A stretch of DNA of 64,000 nucleotides from the human T2T-CHM13v2.0 reference genome, Homo sapiens. How positions within the stretch are numbered: position 1 is the first letter of the stretch; every line of letters starts with the position of its first letter. The stretch lies in assembly GCF_009914755.1 (NCBI RefSeq), contig NC_060947.1. One strand, 5' to 3'. The notes beneath the pieces are model-generated. The model ran no database searches and was not told where the DNA came from. It saw only the letters and a list, made by a program, of their open reading frames with translations. Position numbers and translations under genes: made by a program. Below are positions 1 to 13,519 of the stretch, piece after piece.

Positions 1-942
1 TATTCCACTAGGTGGAGGTGTAAGCCTTGAAATACCAGGCAGTAACTTTGCCTCCATATGCTCTCTAAACAAAGGATGGAGAGGGAAGTCTGACATTTGG
101 CAAGCTGTCCCCACAGCATACCTCCTAGCAGGAGAAGGTTACTTCGCCTCACAGAGGGACTATCCAGTTTGACTGGGCAGTGCTGTCTCCTTACATGGAA
201 AAAGAAATAGCCTACATGGAGAGACGGACATTCACTGGGGTAGGGAGTAACCTCCTACTCAACCCCAGGAAGTGTTATCATTAGGAGTTAAATAGTCTTT
301 GAGATCTGGAACATGAAATCCCCCTGTCTGTAGAAAGTCACAAAAACAGCAATCCCTTGACCTGCATGCCTGGTTGCTAAGCCTGCCTAATTGAATTATT
401 TCCCAGGGCTGTAAAAACTCTTGTAGCATTGCATACAGAGAGGGGATGGGAGACATGGTGACCATGGAAAGGAAAGGAGGAAAATAAAATTTGCAATAGG
501 AAAGCTTGGAGATCCTATGTCTGACAACCAGTCGGGCATAGGGGGCTGGTTGGGGCTAGGGTCAGCCTAGGAGCCTGTGGACAACACCAGGGTGTAGCTC
601 TGGTCAGAAATCCTCAGTTGCTCCAGGACCTATTCCAGCCCTGCACAACGGCAAAGTTCTCCATTAAAGGAAACTTGCTTGGACAGAGCCAACATTCCTA
701 GCACCCCGAGGGTACTGGGGGATTGACTAAGTCCTCCCCAGCAAGCTTCACATCTGAGTCTTCAAGACCGGTGGCTAGCCCTCATGGCTCATTAATCAGC
801 TGACAGATGCTTGGTTTTTAAAATAGTTCTTTGAGAGAATAAAAACTGAGTACAGGAAACCTTGGAAATGAAAGTAAAGAGTCTGCTCCTTTACGCACTT
901 TTCTGATGAATTCGCCTTCTAATCCTAGGCGAGCCCCCAAAA
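1..942 (-). mobile_element. ERV1 (HUERS-P3/MER61-int-like) internal leader region, continues beyond window start
   Basis: On the minus strand it directly follows an LTR ending in CA and begins with a tRNA-Pro primer-binding site; no intact gag ORF seen. Confidence 0.7.
922..939 (-). other. Retroviral primer-binding site, tRNA-Pro
   Basis: Minus strand TGGGGGCTCGCCTAGGAT matches the tRNA-Pro PBS TGGGGGCTCGTCCGGGAT at 15/18, 3 nt after the LTR-terminal CA. Confidence 0.85.
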
Positions 943-1127
943 TGAAGCAGCTTTATTGTCTGGGGTAAATCTTCCAGGCTGCTCTTTGTTAGAAGAGAAG
1001 TGATTTCTTTGAACTGCATGAGGTTAGAAAGGGATTTCTGAGCTTCTTTTTGTTAGATGGAAAGTTTTCTGCCAGGGAATCTTTTTACACTGTCTATCCA
1101 AATAATTTCTTTCTATCTCCTATAACA
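943..1127 (-). mobile_element. 5' LTR, LTR9/MER61-like, internally deleted (185 bp)
   Basis: Minus strand TGTTATAGGAGATAGAAAGAAATTATTT...TTTACCCCAGACAATAAAGCTGCTTCA has TG...CA termini; both ends resemble the recalled LTR9-type consensus, and the middle is absent. Confidence 0.7.
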
Positions 1128-2082
<955 letters not shown>

Positions 2083-2265
2083 ACCCGTATTTCAGGCTCA
2101 TATAATGTTAATGTTGCTGTGTGAATATCTGGTATCTAAAGGGTATCTAAAGCATATGACTTTCATGTCAGTATACACTTGCCAGCGAGCTCACGCTTAA
2201 TTGAGTATGCCACAGGTTCCACCAGAAGTTCAAGAGAAATGAGTGAAGTGAAAGAGAGATGGAAT

Positions 2266-2282
2266 GAGAGAGAGAGAGAGAG
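2266..2282. repeat. (GA)n microsatellite
   Basis: gagagagagagagagag. Confidence 0.85.
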
Positions 2283-2727
2283 GAAAAAGTTTTATGATCT
2301 TTTAATATCATTTTAATATCAAGTTAGATGACTCTGATTGTCCTTGGAAATGCTCTTGCAGAAATGTGATTCATATTGGGGGCTCAACTTTTATTGAGGA
2401 TTGAATTAAGTTTTGGTCATATAAACAACAATTTTGAATCTATTTTAATGACATTTTCTTCAATGTTCAATTTTTAATATTTTAATTTAATTTTCATTGT
2501 CACCATTTGGTATTATAAAGCTTATGCAATCAACTTGATGCAATTTTAGTGAGATCAGTTACTACTCATCACTGTTGCATAATTTGTAAATGTGAACTGG
2601 AAGTAAAAATTTTCACTCAACATTTCCAACTTTAGAAGTGCCGTTATTGTGGAGTGTTGTTATATTTATGTAAATTCTGTAATTATAACAAGGTGAACAG
2701 AGTTTTGCCTTATAGATAGACTATTAC

Positions 2728-2940
2728 AGTATAGCAGAAAAAGTGGGAGCTTTGGAGTAGATAGATATGGGTTTGATCCTTGCTCAGCTACTAGCAGCGA
2801 TTTTGGTTAAATCAGTTAAATCAGTTTTTCTGAGCCTCAGGATTTTTTTTTTTATTTTTCATTTGGATTAGTAATATATCTCTAAATGAGTTGTTGGAGG
2901 ACTTCACTAAATATTGTATGCAAAACATCTATCAAGTTTT
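2728..2940 (+). mobile_element. MIR SINE, degenerate
   Basis: GCTTTGGAGTAGATAGATATGGGTTTGATCCTTGCTCAGCTACTAGC...TCTGAGCCTCAG core. Confidence 0.6.
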
Positions 2941-3104
2941 TGCATGCAAATAACTACTTTTGAAAAATTTGAATTTTTCACTTTGTCAGGCTACTCCCTT
3001 GAACTTCTCCACTGGTCACCATTTATACAGAATACAATGCAAATGGCACATCCTAGAATTATGCAATCTGTAGCCCTTGTTTGCATTTAAAAATATCTAT
3101 ATCC

Positions 3105-3382
3105 GGCTGGGTGCGGTGGCTCACGCCTGTGATCCCAGCACTTTGGGAGGCTGAGATGGGTGAATCACGAGGTCAGGAGTTTGAGAGCAGCCCGGCCAAC
3201 ATGGTGAAACTCCATCTCTACAAAAAATTAGCTGGGCATAGTGGCAGCCACCTGTAATTTCAGCTACTTGGAGGGCTGAGGCAGGAGAATTGCTTGAACC
3301 CAGGAGGCGGAGGTTGTAGTGAGCCAAGACTGTGCCACTGCACTCCAGTTCGGGTGATGGAGTGAGTGAGACTCTGTAAAAG
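3105..3382 (+). mobile_element. AluS (Sg-like)
   Basis: GGCTGGGTGCGGTGGCTCACGCCTGTGATCCCAGC...ATCACGAGGTCAGGAG...GAGACTCTGT; dimeric Alu. Confidence 0.92.
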
Positions 3383-3389
3383 TTAAAAA

Positions 3390-3392
<3 letters not shown>

Positions 3393-3441
<49 letters not shown>
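3393..3441. repeat. Compound (CA)n(TA)n microsatellite
   Basis: About 17 AC units followed by an AT run. Confidence 0.9.
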
Positions 3442-3442
3442 A

Positions 3443-3696
3443 TTTTTTAACTTTTATTTTGGATTCAGCAGGGTATATATGCAGTTTTGTTGCAAAGGTA
3501 TATTGGGTGATGCTGAGGTTTGGAGTGCGAATGAATCTGTCACTCAGGCAGTGAGCATAATACTCAATAGGTAGTTTTTCTTCTCTTGCCCTTCTCCCTC
3601 CTTGTCCCTCCTGTGTCCTCCAGTATTTGTTTTCCTCATCCTTATGTCCATGTGTAACCAATGTTTCGCTTCCACTTGTAAGTGAGAACATATGGT
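3443..3696 (-). mobile_element. L1 3' UTR end (L1PA13-16-like)
   Basis: TTTTTTAACTTTTATTTTGGATTCAG...GGTGATGCTGAGGTTTGG...CCACTTGTAAGTGAGAACAT. Confidence 0.85.
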
Positions 3697-3859
3697 TAAA
3701 AAATCTATTTATTAAGGGATTTTTACATTCTAGGTAATAAAGAGGTAAATTTCAGGTTGGTTGTGTTCAAAACCATTCCAAATGGCACTACCTTTTGTAT
3801 GTAATGAAGACGTCAATTGAAGGAAATAACCATCAATCGGTTCATGTATCCATCCACCC

Positions 3860-3935
3860 ATCTACTCATGTATTCATTCATTTAACAGATATTTTTCAAG
3901 AGTTGACTGTGTACCAGGCACCATCATAGACACTT
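3860..3935 (-). mobile_element. L2 3' end fragment
   Basis: ATTCATTCATTTAACAGATATTTTT...CTGTGTACCAGGCAC. Confidence 0.55.
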
Positions 3936-4579
3936 AAATCTGTATGAGTGGATGAAAATGAAATACAGATTTGAACTTGAGTAATTACACCCACCCTGAG
4001 GGATAAAATTATACAATTACTTTTTTAAAAATAAGCATTCTCTGGTAGTAGATATAAACTAAATAAGATATCTGGAAATCTTTATACTTCCTCTTCATTC
4101 AGGAGATCTGCCCAATATTCTTTCAGTTGTCACTATGAAATATTGGGCACTTTAGAAAATGAATAGTGAAACATAAATGGAAAGGAGCTGTTAATTATAA
4201 ATACTCCTTTTATCATTACTTGCAGATTCTGGTGCTTTACCTGCCTCTGGCTTTGTTTCTCACCAAGACACACATACATCATTCTCAGGCCAGTCTTTCT
4301 CCTTAAGCTTTAAGAAATTTTTAGAGAAAAAGAAATGTTAGATTGAGATTCCTATTATTTTTCACTGATTGGCAATTCCAGGTAAATCAATGTTTTTGAA
4401 TAAGGGACAAAATTAAATAGTGGTAAAGGTGTCAAGGGTGGATTATTTTCCCCCTGTCCCTGTTACAGAATGAAGCTATCATGAGTACAAGAAAAAAGGT
4501 AGGACGAAAAGTTAGTGTTGTAAACATTAAAGCTTTTCTGTGGTTTCAGTTATCTCAGAATTGTCATTAGGTTTAAGAG

Positions 4580-4730
4580 ACATAAGGAACATTAGAAATC
4601 ATTTAGTTTGCTCTCTTATTTTATAGATGAGGAAGAAAATTTAAGAAAATGAAATTACTTGTTTTTGGTAGCTCAAATAGCCATTGGAACTTAGTTTTTG
4701 AGACACAGCCCAGTGATCTTCGTGGCATAT
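4580..4730 (-). mobile_element. MIR fragment
   Basis: ATTTTATAGATGAGGAA core with MIR-like flanks. Confidence 0.5.
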
Positions 4731-7700
4731 CAAGCTTATTCTTGATTTTCTCTTGTTAATTATTTTATTCACCTCCATGACTTTAAAGGATATCTGGAAC
4801 AAGTCTTTCTTTGCAAATCACATTAAATTATTATGTTGGTATTTTTAGCTTTAATTTCTGCATTTGTGTATTTCTCAATCTTCCTTATAATTTACCACCT
4901 TTTACCATTACTGCAATACTTGTTTTTTTCTTCCTCATTTGTTACTTTATTTCTCAGCAGATTTCTTTATTTTTTTCATTTCTCATCAGAAATATCATTT
5001 ACTATGACTACATACTAAAACATGAAAATAATTAAATTTACTCCAAGCATACTAACTTTCATTTTAATCTGTCTCTATGCATCAAGCAGGGTACCATATT
5101 CCTTTTGATAGTGGATATTGTACAAGGACTGAGAGAACGAAAATCTTAGTCTAGATATCTGCCGTGTATTAAACTTTTGGGAGAGAAGCATATATTGTAC
5201 TTGTGAGCATATTATTAGTAATGTAATATGGTAATAGAAGTATCTCATTGGGGGAGTCATTCACTTAAACAATTTCATTTTCACAGATGACCATTAATCT
5301 GAAAGTACAAGTTGAAGGTAAAATAAGGAAAAGTACTCAAAATTGATTTTTCAAGTAACAATTCTAAGAAACCTATTAAGTTAATCCCCATGCAGTATTG
5401 TTTTTAACCATTAATATTTTTGAACTTGTCTCTCATTTCCCGAGAGGAACAAAATGATCTGAATATGTTTACTTCAGCAGAAGTTGGAAAAAGCAACAAA
5501 AAAAGAAAGTTCAAAAGAAAAATGACCTTTGATTTTGAGACCTGGGACTTCGTTTCAGCTTTGAGTCTCTAAACATATGTTCTGAAGTCTGCTTCCATTT
5601 GGGTTTGAGAGGATTCTGCCTATACCTAGATTTCAAGTCATTCACCTTCAATTCCTGAATTGCAATTAGATAGAGTATAAGCCTTTTTTCTTGCCCCCAC
5701 TTTCCCTTCTTGCTTTTTAGGACAGCAATCTGAAAAGGTTGAGTGAATAGGTTACCATTTTCTGCATCTCTAGTAGTCTGACTGATAAAGCTATTAAATA
5801 AAGGCAAACTGTAATTCTCTCTTATCTACATGCCTCATTTATGCTCTTTGCCCTGGAGAAGAGCTGCATTAAAGATCAGAGTGTTGTTGAAAACTCCTGA
5901 AAAATAATAAATTGCTTGATCACTCAAACAATGACACGATTCCTTGGGAAAACAGATTTTACTGTGTATGTGCGGATGGGGAGGGGTATTCATCCTGAAG
6001 GATTGAAGTGGTGTGATGAGGGTGGAAAAATTATACATAAAGGACTGCTGGAGAAACATAAAGAGAAGCTGGAACATCTATATGATAAATACACTTATAA
6101 TTAGTGAGATCATTAGCACAAACAGAGTATACTTTGGTATCCGTAAAGAAGTCTTTAAGCTAGGCAGTTAGCTTCACTATGAAGGGGGAAAAAAAAATGA
6201 GCTATATACAGCTGAATAGGCTTTTCAGTCTCCAAGGAGGTGACTTGTCTGTTGATGGCCAGTGGGGGTGGAAGAGTGAAATAATTACTTAACAGCATGT
6301 AAACAAAGTGAGATGTGAAGTATGCTTCCCTGCTCCCCTCCCTTTTCATTGAGAGAGTTTCTTGTTGTGATGGCTCCAGTGGGAGAGGCAGCAGAGAAAT
6401 TTGATTAAATGGATGCCTGGGGTCATGACCCTGTCTAAACATGGTTCAGCTCTCAGCATCAATCAAATAAATTTTTTTTTTCTTACTTAAGAAAAATCTG
6501 ATCTTGCTGTATATGAGTACCAGTGAGCTTTGGATTTGGTGGTGGTTCAGTAGGGGTTGTGTAAGTCTGTGTTAGCATTCTGTTTACAGAAAAATAACTG
6601 AAGAAGAGGCAGTCTTCTGGGACAACAGAAACCTATAGCTTTATTTTAGATCATGTTATGGGACTTTCATTTGACGATAGCCTATCAACAGCCAGTGGGA
6701 TTTGGAGTTCCATTAGAATTTACTAGGACTCATTTATTGCAAACCATTGCGGACATTGATCTGAGTGTTTGGAAGATATTTATAGTGTTGTTGATGTGGG
6801 ATTCCTGTGTTCAGGAACTCTCTTAGGATAGTTTTATTTGGGGCTAGTGTTTGAAAGCAGCTTGGAAGTGATTTTTCTTTGAAAATGGAGAAAACTGTGT
6901 TTGTTGAGATAACTAGAATAGTGGTCACTGGTGACGCCAATAAGAGCAACAAAATTGGAACTTTTCTAAGCACACAAGTGCCATTGTATTAAAGAGAATA
7001 TTTGCTTTGGATGACAGACTTGTCATTAATTCTTGTTTTAAGAAAGAGGACAATTTTAATACAATTAAATAGTTGTTTCCTTCATAGGAATTGACACAGA
7101 AGAGTGTACAACCTATTTTAGATCATCAAAATCTTATTTTTTCCAAATAAGAAAGCTTTTGTATGAGAATGTGGATGGCTTACATCAAAAATCTTGATTA
7201 ACTTAGAATCATAAGGCAAGGAGGTTCCAGCTAATTGAAATTAATCATGTTTGTGTTGTTAATCCTTGTTGAAAATAATTTTAATAAATATTATCCCATT
7301 TTATTGCCTGCCTTAGCATTGTACAGTAAATATGAATTCAACTTTAGTTGGATGATTGAAATCTTACTGCCTCAGAATCAGCTTTCTACTCATCAATTTT
7401 AATTAGACAACAAGATGGATAAAATTATAGAAGGTGCAAGAGCTTGGTCTTACTGTCTTAGAATGTGCTTGGAAGTCAGTGATGTGTTATGAAATAATAA
7501 TAATTTTAAAAACAACACCTCTAAGTAATTTTAAAATACTTTTTCTTAATGGTAGTATATAATTAAATGGTGTTAATTGACTGCATTATATAATTAAATT
7601 CTGGATAATCAAGGTACGTAATTTGGGTCTTTGGATAGCAGTTGATTGAAGATATGTTTGCATGTTTTTGTGAAGTAAGCATACTTCTTACAATACTTTT

Positions 7701-8373
7701 AGACAGTAATATATAGGAGCTTAAGAAATACTAAAATGAAAAGTATTTTCCCATGAGGTGGATAATTTAGACTGTTCTGGCCATGACCATGTGGATTTTG
7801 TCCTGAGTTCCTAATTTGAACAACTACAAAGAACATGATTTCAAATATACAGAGTTCATTTGAACCAAGTATACTATTTACACATGAAATTTTACTTTAA
7901 GAAAACCACAGTTTCATTGTTATTTGGGGAAAATGGGAAAGAAGGAGTATATTTTTCACTAGAGAATTATGATTCAAACCAGTTGGACTGTAAAGTATAA
8001 AACACCAGCCTTGTATTTGAACTTGGAAAGTTACTTTCAAAGCCTACCCACTCACCATGGAGTTTGCACATGTCAAATCAAACCGTTTTTGCTATTATTA
8101 TAGCAAAACATCATTGGATGAAAGGTTTATCAAGTTACTCCTGTTGAGATATTTACAAGAGTCGAGGCTGTCGGCGTCAGTAAATGCAGGTTCCCATTGA
8201 CACAAACTAACCCAATGTGGTTAGTTATACTGCTTCATGACACCTGGGCTTTAAAATAACAGCAGGGTCACTTGGATAACATTTCAGACAAGGGCTCATT
8301 TCTGAAATTTTGCTGCTACCTCGAGCTTTAGAATATTAAATACACTAAATTAGAATGTAAATCCTGGAAGATA

Positions 8374-8405
8374 AAACAAACAAACAAACAAACAAACAAA
8401 AAAAC
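8374..8405. repeat. (AAAC)n tetranucleotide repeat
   Basis: aaacaaacaaacaaacaaacaaacaaa. Confidence 0.85.
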
Positions 8406-10671
8406 AGAAGTAAGCCTGTCTGAAGTCTAATTGTCACTTACTGGTGCCTGTCCTCCAGGCTGACATTGCTATTAGATAGGGCTTTTTATAGGAAGGCTTT
8501 TACAAAAGGGGAAAATGGCAGAAAAATGTGCATATCATATCAGGGAATTATAGAAATTCTCAACACTTCTATTGATTGATATTTTACTGTCAGATATATA
8601 CTTTTAAGCATAATTTCAAAAATTATAGATTAATATTAAAAATACACTATACAAGTGTCAACTCTTTCAACTTGCAGTGTATGTGATGGGTTTGATATGG
8701 GGAGGAAGATTAGAGACGTGACCCAATTCTAGGATGTTACCCTTCAGCAACCTGCTCATGCTAGTGATGATACATGTACAGAGTGAGTATATCAAGACAC
8801 TGGGAGGTTCTGAGCCATTGGAAAAAAATAAAAGTTGAATTATATTTCCTATCTGCGTTTATAAGACTCAGTTTGAAAAGATTTTTCACCGACATGGAGT
8901 TTTCTGAGTTTTCTCTTTAATACTTGGTTAACCTGAAAATTAAGCTAAGCAAAAGCTCAGATTTGCCTGAACAGTATAGTGACTGAGGTTTCATTACGTA
9001 TTGAAGATAGTGCTTTAAATTTATGGTTATATAGTCACTAAGCTTGGAATCCAGAAAACATTGTATGTGGTAGGTAAAATTTTTATGGCATGTTGATATA
9101 TGTCCCTTAGTGGTCGGAGCTATTTATTTCTCACTTTATTTTGTAACAAACAAAATACTTTAATTTTAAAATGCCTTGATTCTTCAATAACAGTGTTGCC
9201 CAGTTAATAAATACTACTTTCCAGGATACTAAATTGTATCTAAGAATCATAATTGTGGCCTCCGACTACCAGGTATTGGTTCTATTTTTGTATGAGTAGT
9301 CTAATAGTGCATATCAAAAAGTACTTTAATCCCTAAAGAGTAAAATGAGGCAGATTCTGACTGCAGTCCGGTCTTTACCATTGAACTCAACTTCTTAATG
9401 AAAGTTAGTCAATCTGCAAATTAATGATTATAGTATTTCTTCAATTTTTATTTTTGTATGTGTGTATTCAGATAACATATTAAAACCTTTTTGAGTTCTT
9501 TAGAGAAATATTATAAACGTAACACTAACATCTCTAAAGCACAGGGACCTGAAAAAAATGTACTGATAGCATCAGAGAATTAGTTATGATAGTAAAAATT
9601 ATACCAAATTGAATACTTTTTTAAAAAGACAGATTTAAATTCTGAATATTTCTTTGTCTTTTGTGTTTGCTTTGGAGTAGAAGGCTAAAATTCCATAATT
9701 CAAGTTAGAGAATTCCAGTGCAATATATTATAACAAGTTTGTTTCATCTCACCAAATGTATAAGATCATAACAGAGGAATAAAATACATTGAGGATAATA
9801 AAAGTATGTGTGTATTTGTGCATGTGTTATAGTCTGCTTAATGCTATCATTTTAATCAAGCTTTCAGTAATTTATGCTTATTAGTTTTTCACTGATCTGT
9901 TGCTGTGACTAACACTTTATAAATGGATAATATATTAACTCTTCTGCAAGGAAAATAAAACAACAGTATAGAGACAGTACCTTGTGATTTACTATATTCA
10001 AAATCTAGGGATAAACGACTGTATGATTTAATGCTGCTGGATGTAGACTTTTTATATTTTCTATTGTTCCTTCTTTAATTCTCTTGATTTCCAATTTTTG
10101 AAGTTTTTAGACTTAGCAATGACCATTAAATCTATTTTTTGAAACTTCAAATGAAATACAGCTTAAAAGATGAAGTAATTACATATTTAAAAATCATGCA
10201 CACTTATGAAAAAGGTGAGCCTATTGTTTAATTTCAAAAGACTGTCATGAAAGCCTCCATTTTACTGCAAGAAAAATGCAAGAGAGGCTTGCTCCCTATC
10301 TCTGTGTGAATTCTCCAGTAAGTCTATGGGAAGGAGTGACCTTGCTGACCTTCTCACACTCTTAACAGTAGCAAGTGTGGTCATTTAGTTTGAACTGGAA
10401 ACAAGGGGTTCAGAAAGACAGCTAGAAAGCTGACAACAAGAATTAGTAACTAGTGGACAAGTCCAAACATAGGCAAAAAGTGCCCTTGAAGACTTAAATC
10501 AAATAAACCTGACAATCCTTTATGTACTACTCTTTTCCCCATACTGATTAAAGAACAATAGATATTTGAGGGAAAGTAATGAGATAGGAGAATTTGTAAG
10601 ATTAATTTGGTCAAAATGTTTGATCTTTCATAATTATTTTACAATTAAACTTGAATGATTATACTTATTAA

Positions 10672-13293
10672 TTTTTTTTAATATACTTTAAGTTCTGGGA
10701 TACATGTGCCAGAAAGTGTAGGTTTGTCACATAGCTATACACTTGCCATGGTGGTTTGCTGCAACCATCAACCCATCATCTAATTAGGTATTTCTCCTAA
10801 TGCTATCCCTCTCCTAGTCCCCCACCACCCAGCAGGCCCCAGTGTGTGAGGTTCCCCTCCCTGTGTCCATGTGTTCTCATTGTTCAACTCCCATTTATGA
10901 GTGAGACATACACTGTTTGGTTTTCTGTTCTTGTGTTAGTTTGCTGAGAATGATGGTTTCGAGTTTCATCCATGTCCCTTCAAAAGACATGAATTCATCC
11001 TTTTTATGGCTACATAGTATTCCATGGTGTATATGTGCCACATTTTCTTTATCCAGTCTATCATTGATGGGCATTTGGGTTGGTTCCAAGTCCTTGCTAT
11101 TGTGAACAGTGCCACAATAAACATAAGTGTTTATGTGTCTTTATAGTAGAATAATTTATAATCCATTGGGTCTACACCCAGTAATGGGATTGCTGGGTCA
11201 AAAGGTATTATTTCTAGGTTTAGATCCTTGAGGAATTGCCACACTGTCTTCCATGATGGTTGAACTAATTTACACTTCCACTAACAGTGTAAAAGCATTC
11301 CTATTTCTCCACATCCTCTCCAGCATCTGTTGTTTCCTTACTTTTTAATGATCACCATTCTAACTGATGTGAGATGGTATCTCATTGTGTTTTGATTTGC
11401 ATTTCTCTAATGACCACAGATGATGAGCCTTTTTTCATATGTTTGCTGACTGCATAAATGTCTTCTTATGAGAAGTGTCTGTTCATATTCTTCACCCACT
11501 TTTTGATGGGGTTGTTTGTTTTTTTCTGGTAAATTTGTTTAAGTTCTTTGTAGAATCTGAATATTAGCCCTTTGTCAGACAGATTTATTGCAAACGTCTT
11601 CTCCCATTCTGTAGGTTGCCTGTTCACTCTGATGATAGTTTCTTTTGCTGTGCAGAAGCTCTTTAGTTTAGTTAGATCCCATTTCTCAATTTTGGCTTTT
11701 GTTGCCAATGCTTTTGGTGTTTTAGTCATGAAGTGTGTGCCCATGCCTATGTCCTGAATGGTATTGCCTAGCGTTTCTTCTAGGGTTTTTATGGTTTTAG
11801 GTCTTACCTTTAAGTCTTTAATCCATCTTGATTTAATTTATGTATAAGGTATAAGGAAGGGGTCCAGTTTCAGTTTTCTGCATATGGCTAGCCAGTTTTC
11901 CCAACAACATTTATTAAATACAGAATCCTTTCCCCATTGCTTGTTTTGATCAGGTTTGTCAAAGATCAGATGGTTGTAGATGTGGGGCACTATTTCCGAG
12001 GCCTCTGTTCTGTTCCATTTTTCTACATATCTGTTTTGGTACCAGTACCATGCTGTTTTGGTTACTGTAGCCTTGTAGTAAAGTTTGAAGTCAGGTAGCA
12101 TGATACCTCCAGCTTTGTTCTTTTTGCTTCTTGGCTACACATGCTCTTTTTTGGTTCCATATAAAATTTAAAGTATTTTTTTTTCTAATTCTATGAAGAA
12201 ACTCAATGGTAGCTTGATGGGAATAACATTGAATCTATAAATTACTTCTAGCAGTATGGCCATTTTCACAATACTGATTCTTCCTATCCATAACATGAAA
12301 TGTTTTTCCATGTATTTGTGTCCTTTCTTATTTCCTTGAGCAGTGGTTTGTAGTTCTCCTTGAATAGGTCCTTTACATCCCTTGGAAGTTGGATTCCTAG
12401 GTATTTTATTCTCTTTGTAGAAATTGTGAAAGGAACTTCACTCATAATTTGGCTCTCTGTCTGTTCTTGGTGTATAGGAATGCTTGTGATTTTTGCACAT
12501 TGATTTTGTATCCTGAGACTTTGCTGAAGTTGCTTATCAGCTTAAGGAGATTTTGGGCTGAGATGATGGGGTTTTCTGAATATGCAATCATGTATTCTGC
12601 AAACAGAGACAATTTGACTTCCTCTCTTCCTATTTGAATACTTTTTATTGCTTTCCTTTGCCTGATTGCCCTGGCCAGAACTTCCAATACTATGTTGAAT
12701 AAGAGTGGTGAGAGAGGGCATCCGTGTCTTGTGCTGGTTGTCATAGGGCATGCTTCCAGCTTTTGCCTATTCAGTATGATATTGGCTGTGGGTTTATCAT
12801 GAACAGCTCTTATTATTTTGAGATACGTTCCATCAATACCTAGTTTATTGAGAGTTTTTAGCATGAAGGGCTGTTGAATTTTGTTGAAGGCTTTTTCTGC
12901 ATCTATTGAGATAATCATGTGGTTTTTGTCATTGGTCCTGTTTATGTGATAGATTACGTTTATTGGTTTGCATATTTTGAACCAGCCTTGCTTCCCAGGT
13001 ATGAAGCCAACTTGATCATGGTGGATAAGCTTTTTGATGTGCTGTTGGATTCGGTCTGCCAGTATTTTATTGAGGATTTCTGCATCTATTTTAATCAGGG
13101 CTATTGGCCTGAAATTTTCTTTTTGTGTGTGTCTCTGCCAGGTTTTGGTATCAGGATGATGCTGGCCTCATAAAATGATTTAGGGAGGATTCCCTCTTTT
13201 TCTATTGTTTGGAATAGTTTCAGAAAGAATGGTACCAGCTCCTCTTTGTACCTCTGGTAGAATTCAGCTGTGAGTCTGTCTGGTCCTGGGCTT
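10672..13293 (-). mobile_element. L1PA7/8-like LINE-1, 3' non-inverted half (3' UTR plus RT and C-terminal part of ORF2)
   Basis: T tract then TATACTTTAAGTTCTGGGATACATGTGC; ORF fragments [44 protein letters not shown] (decayed FADD motif), [19 protein letters not shown]. Confidence 0.95.
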
Positions 13294-13519
13294 CCAGAGG
13301 AAGGAAGAGGCAGCAATCTTTGCTGTTCTGCAGCCTCTGCTGGTGATACCCAGGCAAACAGGGTCTGGAGTGGACCTTCAGCAAACTCCAGCAGACCTGC
13401 AGCAGATGGGCCTGACTGTTAGAGGGAAAACTAACAAACAGAAAGGAAGAGCATATCCACTCAGAGACCCCATAGAAGGTCACCCACATCAAAGACCAAA
13501 TGTAGATAAATCCATGAAG

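Noticed and set aside
5916-6104. 62-aa ORF with protein-like composition
   Set aside because: TTG start, no recognisable homology and no convincing flanking splice sites.
10510-10550. TACTCTTTTCCCC resembling the Y RNA pyrimidine loop
   Set aside because: Lacks the Y RNA 5' GGCTGGTCCG and terminal stem.
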